Positions 18,742 through 23,780 of a DNA stretch of 23,780 nucleotides are shown piece by piece. Location: assembly GCA_018985225.1 (NCBI GenBank), contig JADGIF010000066.1, forward strand, positions 1 to 23,780. The letters are read 5' to 3'. The DNA is from Amoeboradix gromovi X-113 (lineage: Eukaryota > Fungi > Sanchytriomycota). The notes under the pieces are model-generated. The model made no database searches. It saw nothing but the letters and a program-made list of their open reading frames with translations, and was not told the DNA's origin. Position numbers and translations under genes: made by a program. Within the stretch, counting starts at the first letter, position 1. Each line of letters starts with the position of its first letter.

Positions 18742-19788
18742 ATGAAACTATTTCATCCTTTTGACCCATCGATTACGCTAAGTGACATGCTAGCTGACAA
18801 AGAAATAGACCACCTGTATGTCTTTAACTACATGGTGGATGTAGCATATATGGAGATGCTACTTATATCGCATACTGTTAGCAACATTCATATAATAGCG
18901 CAAAAAGTGGATGAAAAGTTAAATAACAGGTACAAATACATCAAACCACATCTGCCATATAAGTACGGAACTCATCACACAAAAATGTTTATTACTTTTA
19001 CCAAAAATGAGTGTGCTGTAATAATCCACACCGCTAATATCATAAAGCGAGACTGGAAATACAAGACACAGGGCTATAACGTGTTCAAAGGCACACTTGG
19101 TAGCTATGACTCTCAATTTAAATCTGATATTATAGACTACGTCGACCAGTATGGGAATTTAAATGATTTGTCTGATTTGCTACGCTTGTTTCACTTCAAC
19201 ACAGATGCCCAACTGATAGCCTCAGTCCCTGGTAGGTTTAAAAGCAGTAAATATGGATTGTCTAGGATCAAATCTTTGTTCTCCGGGTTATCTTTCGACG
19301 ATTTGATAATCCAATGCTCAAGCATTCCCAGACTCGGCCATTCGCTCATCAAATCTCCGATTTATGCATTGATGAGCGCATTCAACTGCAATGACTATAA
19401 GTTTGTATATCCGACCAAGAAATGCATCTTGAATAGCTATGAAGGTATCAGTGCAGGCGATTCTTTTCCTCACTCTATTTCTAATTACAGAATTCATTTT
19501 AGGTGGTTAAAACCCCATCTGTACCACTGGAAAACTGACAGCGCTGATTATGATAAATGCATGCCACATATCAAGTCTTTTGCGGTGATTAGGCATGGTC
19601 GAGTGGAATTCACCATTGTGTCCTCTCACAATATTAGTGCTGCTGCCTGGGGTATTTTAAAGAATGATGAGATTACTATAAAATCATATGAGCTAGGTGT
19701 GTTGCAAGTAGGTAATGACGTACCTTATAGTCTTCCATTGCAAAAGTACACCGAAAACGATGAAGTATGGGTATCAGTGTTGAATTGA
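18742..19788 (+). CDS. TDP1: Tyrosyl-DNA phosphodiesterase 1, compact
   Basis: Two HxK motifs (GTHHTKM, MPHIKSF), plus HTANI, LIASVPG, QCSSI, SHNISAAAWG and SYELGVL. Confidence 0.95.
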   Translation: MKLFHPFDPSITLSDMLADKEIDHLYVFNYMVDVAYMEMLLISHTVSNIHIIAQKVDEKLNNRYKYIKPHLPYKYGTHHTKMFITFTKNECAVIIHTANIIKRDWKYKTQGYNVFKGTLGSYDSQFKSDIIDYVDQYGNLNDLSDLLRLFHFNTDAQLIASVPGRFKSSKYGLSRIKSLFSGLSFDDLIIQCSSIPRLGHSLIKSPIYALMSAFNCNDYKFVYPTKKCILNSYEGISAGDSFPHSISNYRIHFRWLKPHLYHWKTDSADYDKCMPHIKSFAVIRHGRVEFTIVSSHNISAAAWGILKNDEITIKSYELGVLQVGNDVPYSLPLQKYTENDEVWVSVLN

Positions 19789-20899
19789 ATTAGTAAATAG
19801 TAGAATGTATTTAACAGACTTAATTATTAATTTGATATTTGTTCCTTCTATTCGAACTGTTCTATGATGTTCGAATGCATAAAAATAGTCAACCCATTTG
19901 TCGCTATCTCAACGTATAGGATAAAAAGAAAAAATGTATTAGATGTGTATTGACGTAAAGGCAGCCAAACAAATATTACCTAAGTATTATCAGATCGTTT
20001 TACTAGCACTAGAAACCTTAAGGATTGTAGATCTGGTGTATAGAGAAGTTGTTTTAGGAGAGATACTAGCTACAACATGAGGATATAAAATCGTTAAAAA
20101 ACGAGATTATTACTATGACGACAGCTTTAGGTACAAAACAATAGCATTACTGTATCCCCAGTAAGAAACTTGTGTCCACAATTGCAAGCAAGACAATTTT
20201 ATTCCTTAATCTCTGTGCTAAAACGAAAAAAGAGCAGTCGATTACAGCATCGGTGCTTAGTATGGGACATTTCGGAATGGATAATTCTGCATTTTTAAAA
20301 TTTGCTTAATTACTTTGTTATTTTATTAAAATAGCCGATGTAGAAGAAAATAGCGGAGGATTTTCGCAAAATGATGTAATTTACTCTGGGTCATCATTTT
20401 TCTCCCATACGTTACTACTGCATGTTTATTTTGCATCTTGTTTGTGTTAATCGTTATTTTGAAATTCTGCTTCTGGGATAAGCAGAGCTACCTTTGTCGT
20501 GTCGAAGACCAGTTACGATGACATTGTGTATGAATACATTATAAACGATATAAAAACAAGTTATTCTGATGCTAAGGGTATAGCATGGCTAGCAGCCTTG
20601 TTTTAAGCCCTTTATAAAGTGGTGTAATAATTTGTGGCAAGGCGTTACTTGCTCTCCTAGCTATTTTTGATATACAAGAAAAGAATCTACTTCAAGAAAA
20701 AACCAGCCGGTCACACATTCGAACAATAAGTCAAGATATAGCAATAAAATAGACACGAGGAAAAATAGAAATTTATTCAATTCAATAGTAACATTCGAAG
20801 AGGGAGATGGCAGTTCACCTCATTTCATTCCAGAACCTACGTCTGCCACCGCTGTTTTGTCATCATGAAAAGCATTGATGCACTTGTCTTGGACTTTAT

Positions 20900-21769
20900 G
20901 AAACTCTTCCTGTGGGTCTTGACGGCGAGGCCCAATATATCACTCTACTTTCTTCTTCAGAGCTCTCTTTGCATTGTGATGGTACCTCTTTCCATTCTCA
21001 TTGGTGAAGAGCAGTTAAACCAGAGATGCAGTATCTAGCCTGAAGTGCCTGTGGATGATCTCGCTTAGCAGTGGGAATACACTGTAGATGTTGCATCCAT
21101 GCTCTTCTACTGCTTTTATCATATACAGCACGTAGGGCAGGTATTCCTGCGAGAGTACACTGGATACAGTAGTAGACGCCGTGCTCTCTCAGTTTTCACT
21201 TCGGCATGATCTTGAGACTTTCAGTATCAACAAAGATGCGGTACTGTACGTCTGATGTCCTGAGGTCGCTAATACTGCGGATACCATTCTTCGCCTTGCC
21301 CAGCTCGCGACACAGGGCATTGATTTGTTGCTTTTTCTGCTTTGTTGTACTATCATTAGCCTTATAGGCTTTCACCGGGTCCGCATTGAAGAACCGCTTG
21401 AGATACTTGCAAAAGTGCTTTATCTTATTCTCGTACATAGTGATCACATCAATCGCCATGTGTTCCGGGACAGGTTTGAGGTGGCGGTAAGCTATAGCGT
21501 CCAACATGACTGGTTCATAATGCTCTCGGTAGAATTTAGTCAGCTTCTCTTTGAGCTCTTGAGTTTCAACTTTTGGAACTCAATTCTCTGTTTTCTTACA
21601 TGATATCTTCTTATGACCTTTGACAAGCTTTGTCGATGGAAGGCAGAGCATCTCCAGCCTGATTACAGTGGATTAAGTATAAGCTGTGAGTCATAATCCT
21701 GTTGGTGAGAAGAGCTGCATTGGTAAGCTTCTCGATGACCGCTTCATTCTTGACGACGCATTCGAGGCT
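20900..21769 (-). pseudogene. Fanzor1 N-terminal and central (REC/WED) remnant; stops and frameshifts
   Basis: Joined frames give SLECVVKNEAVIEKLTNAALLTNRIMTH..LPSIDK..ELKEKLTKFYREHY..ITMYENKIKHF..GVYY..QEYLPYVLYMIKAVEEHG..VFPL..IIHRHFRLDTASLV*LLF, a pattern I recognise from Fanzor1 N-terminal halves. Confidence 0.75.
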
Positions 21770-21914
21770 ATTAAGATACTGAAAGCGGGCTTGTTCTACA
21801 TACCAGGTGTGGCAAGAGAGCTGCGCAACTCAATTTTGTGCCAAATAATGTTTTTATATACCGGCCAATCTAGAAAGTGTAATTTCAAAATTTTGACATT
21901 TTAAATCTTCATTT

Positions 21915-22389
21915 GGGACACCAAATATAAAAACTAGACTAACTCGTTTTTAAACGTGCTCCATACGGAGGAAATGCTATCATTAATAAAAGATCTTCTA
22001 TTATACTAATCTTCTTTCATTGATTGTATTCCTCTTTTCAAAATAAAACTAGAAGACCCTGCATCTCGTTCAAATATATGAGGTCTTTGAGCATCTAAGA
22101 AAAAGGTGCATTTTCTTAGACGGTACTCTTTTCTAGTGTCATTTTGCAATGTTATACTAACATCATTACTCTTATCTATTCTAGTTTTTACAGAGTAATA
22201 GTGATATTTTATTTGAAATAAAGATTGGATGAAAGAGTAAGAGAAAAGCTGTACAGAATATTTATTTTCCTTTTATACTCGTCAACTAGCTGAATGCCCA
22301 CTCGCCTCTTAAATCCATAAAATTAATAAAGCTGAAATAATGTTCAAGTTGTTACAGAAAGTTAGTCCAGTTTTTATATTTGATGTCTC
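21915..22389 (-). mobile_element. Family B MITE copy 2 (475 bp; TIRs 27/30 matched)
   Basis: GGGACACCAAATATAAAAACTAGACTAACT (21915-21944) versus AGTTAGTCCAGTTTTTATATTTGATGTCTC (22360-22389); minus frame 22128-22006 reads EYRLRKCTFFLDAQRPHIFERDAGSSSFILKRGIQSMKED*. Confidence 0.9.
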
Positions 22390-22426
22390 ATGTGTTTAAA
22401 TTTAATTTTAACTGGGAAAGGCCAAA

Positions 22427-23423
22427 ATGATTTTGGAAAACGATAATTTGGTAGCAAGATTAAATTCAGATAAAGTTGTATTGCTAGATCTTTTTACTAA
22501 ATGGGCTGGAAACTGCGTACCGATAGAACAATTTGTAGCAAAGCAGGATATGGGAATAGACTATCTTAAAATAGAAATTGATGAAATGCCTAATATGGAG
22601 AGTATACAGAATGACTGCGCACCGCATTTGTGTTTATTTAAGAACGGAATTATGTTTTATTATACAAACGAGCCAGATTCCACTGGTATTGAGCACGCTT
22701 TGAATGGAGATAAGACAAAAATGTGCCATAATGCGCCATTTGTAATCAATCGTGAGGAAAAAAATGAAGGAAAAGGGAAAACTAAAGCATTGTTTGTCAA
22801 ACCAGATTCTTTGGGATTAGAAAGTAAAATAAATGAGCAATTTATTAATGATGGAACCCAAGTAAAACAAACAAAAAAGGTATTTTGCGTTAAAATAGTG
22901 TGATACAGACTTAATCGCTGATACTCTAATTTCTACAGAATTTTTAGGTTTAGAGAGGGTTTTGCTTGGTATTAAACCTGAATCTTCTGAATACAGTGAT
23001 CAGATAATTGAGGTTGTAAAATCAAGAGGATTTAAAGTTATCGCAAAAAAACAAATTCAACTGAATGAGAACCAACTTAAGGTTCTCTATGGGAAATTAG
23101 AATCATTGGAGTTTTATAGTTCTTTTATGCAGTGGATGCTGTCCGAATCATTGATATTCTATGTTTTGGAAAAAGAGAATGGAATTAAGGATTTGAAGAT
23201 GCTACTCGGACCCAAGGACAAAGATACTGCCAAAAAATTACATCCAGAATCTTTGCGGTCATTATTTTCAAGTTACAAAGAGTATTGGCAAAACTGTGCG
23301 CATTCTAGTGACAGGGAAAATGTCTTGTTAGAAATAACATCGCTGTTTCCAGAGTTGGAATTTGACCCTTCAAACTCATATCTAAAAGAGAACAACAGCA
23401 TCCTTCAAAATGGCAATAAATGA
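22427..23423 (+). CDS. Thioredoxin-NDK fusion protein (NME8/NME9-like, axonemal), split over two frames by a probable intron
   Basis: Trx-like LDLFTKWAGNC...PHLCLFKNG; partial NDK start KALFVKPD; full NDK ERVLLGIKPE..RGFKVIAKK..LLGP..AKKLHPESLRSLF..NCAHSSD. Confidence 0.75.
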
Positions 23424-23636
23424 TTTGATTCAAATGACTCGCGCAAACAGAAAGGGGTTCATCACGTTGTGCAGAAATTTATTTTGCAAATAAAAAAACT
23501 TTGCCAAGAAATAGTTGCTTCGAGCTTTATTCTTGCCCATCGTGCCTTTCACCAATGCAAAAACATTTTTACAACTTCTTCTGCTTTTAAGGACGCATCA
23601 TGGCCAAGACTGCAGTATTGAAGGACATGATTACAT

Positions 23637-23780
23637 GGGACACCAAATATAAAAACTAGACTAACTCGTTTTTAAAGGAGGTGCTCCATACGGAGGAAAT
23701 CATTAATAAAAGATCTTCTGTTATACCAATTTTCTTTTATTGATTGTATTCCTCTTTTCAAAATAAAACTAGAAGACCCT
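23637..23780 (-). mobile_element. Family B MITE copy 3 (3' end; cut by the window edge)
   Basis: Near-identical to 21915-22060, starting at the same GGGACACC terminus with a different flank. Confidence 0.9.

Noticed and set aside
19800-20890. Possible gene or pseudogene downstream of Tdp1
   Set aside because: No sustained ORF, recognisable motif or convincing splice pattern
14696-21769. Stop-codon reassignment (TAA/TAG) rescuing the Fanzor genes
   Set aside because: The remnants also contain frameshifts, TGA stops and deletions, and host genes end normally at TAA, TAG and TGA
21325-21904. Plus-strand ORFs 21325-21603 and 21686-21904
   Set aside because: Antisense to the Fanzor1 N-terminal remnant; non-ATG starts
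17654-23780. CRISPR-like array interpretation of the 30-bp repeats
   Set aside because: The repeats are inverted pairs hundreds of bases apart (TIRs), not regularly spaced direct repeats

Overview
AT-rich, gene-dense, almost intron-free eukaryotic DNA. Axonemal genes (DNAI4/WDR78-like, thioredoxin-NDK) together with mitochondrial genes (NDUFA12 family, PDK/BCKDK) point to a compact, flagellated, probably early-diverging (zoosporic) fungus; this is inference only. Housekeeping genes: bHLH transcription factor, Rad17/Rad24, a small unknown protein, NDUFA12-like, WD40 dynein intermediate chain, Prp22, PDK/BCKDK, Rev3, Tdp1 and Trx-NDK. The main result is that the spacers hold at least three distinct families of Fanzor (eukaryotic TnpB, RNA-guided nuclease) elements, and no intact Fanzor gene is present in the window. 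Family A is Fanzor2-like, with three copies sharing a structured 3' end (putative omegaRNA) followed by different flanks (putative guides); one copy is a 227-bp RNA-only mini-element. Family B is a 30-bp-TIR MITE family (3 copies) that retains a Fanzor-like RuvC-III tail and a conserved structured 3' end. Family C is a decayed Fanzor1 whose N- and C-terminal halves lie colinear about 5.6 kb apart, around Tdp1 and nested elements. All alignments were done by eye.
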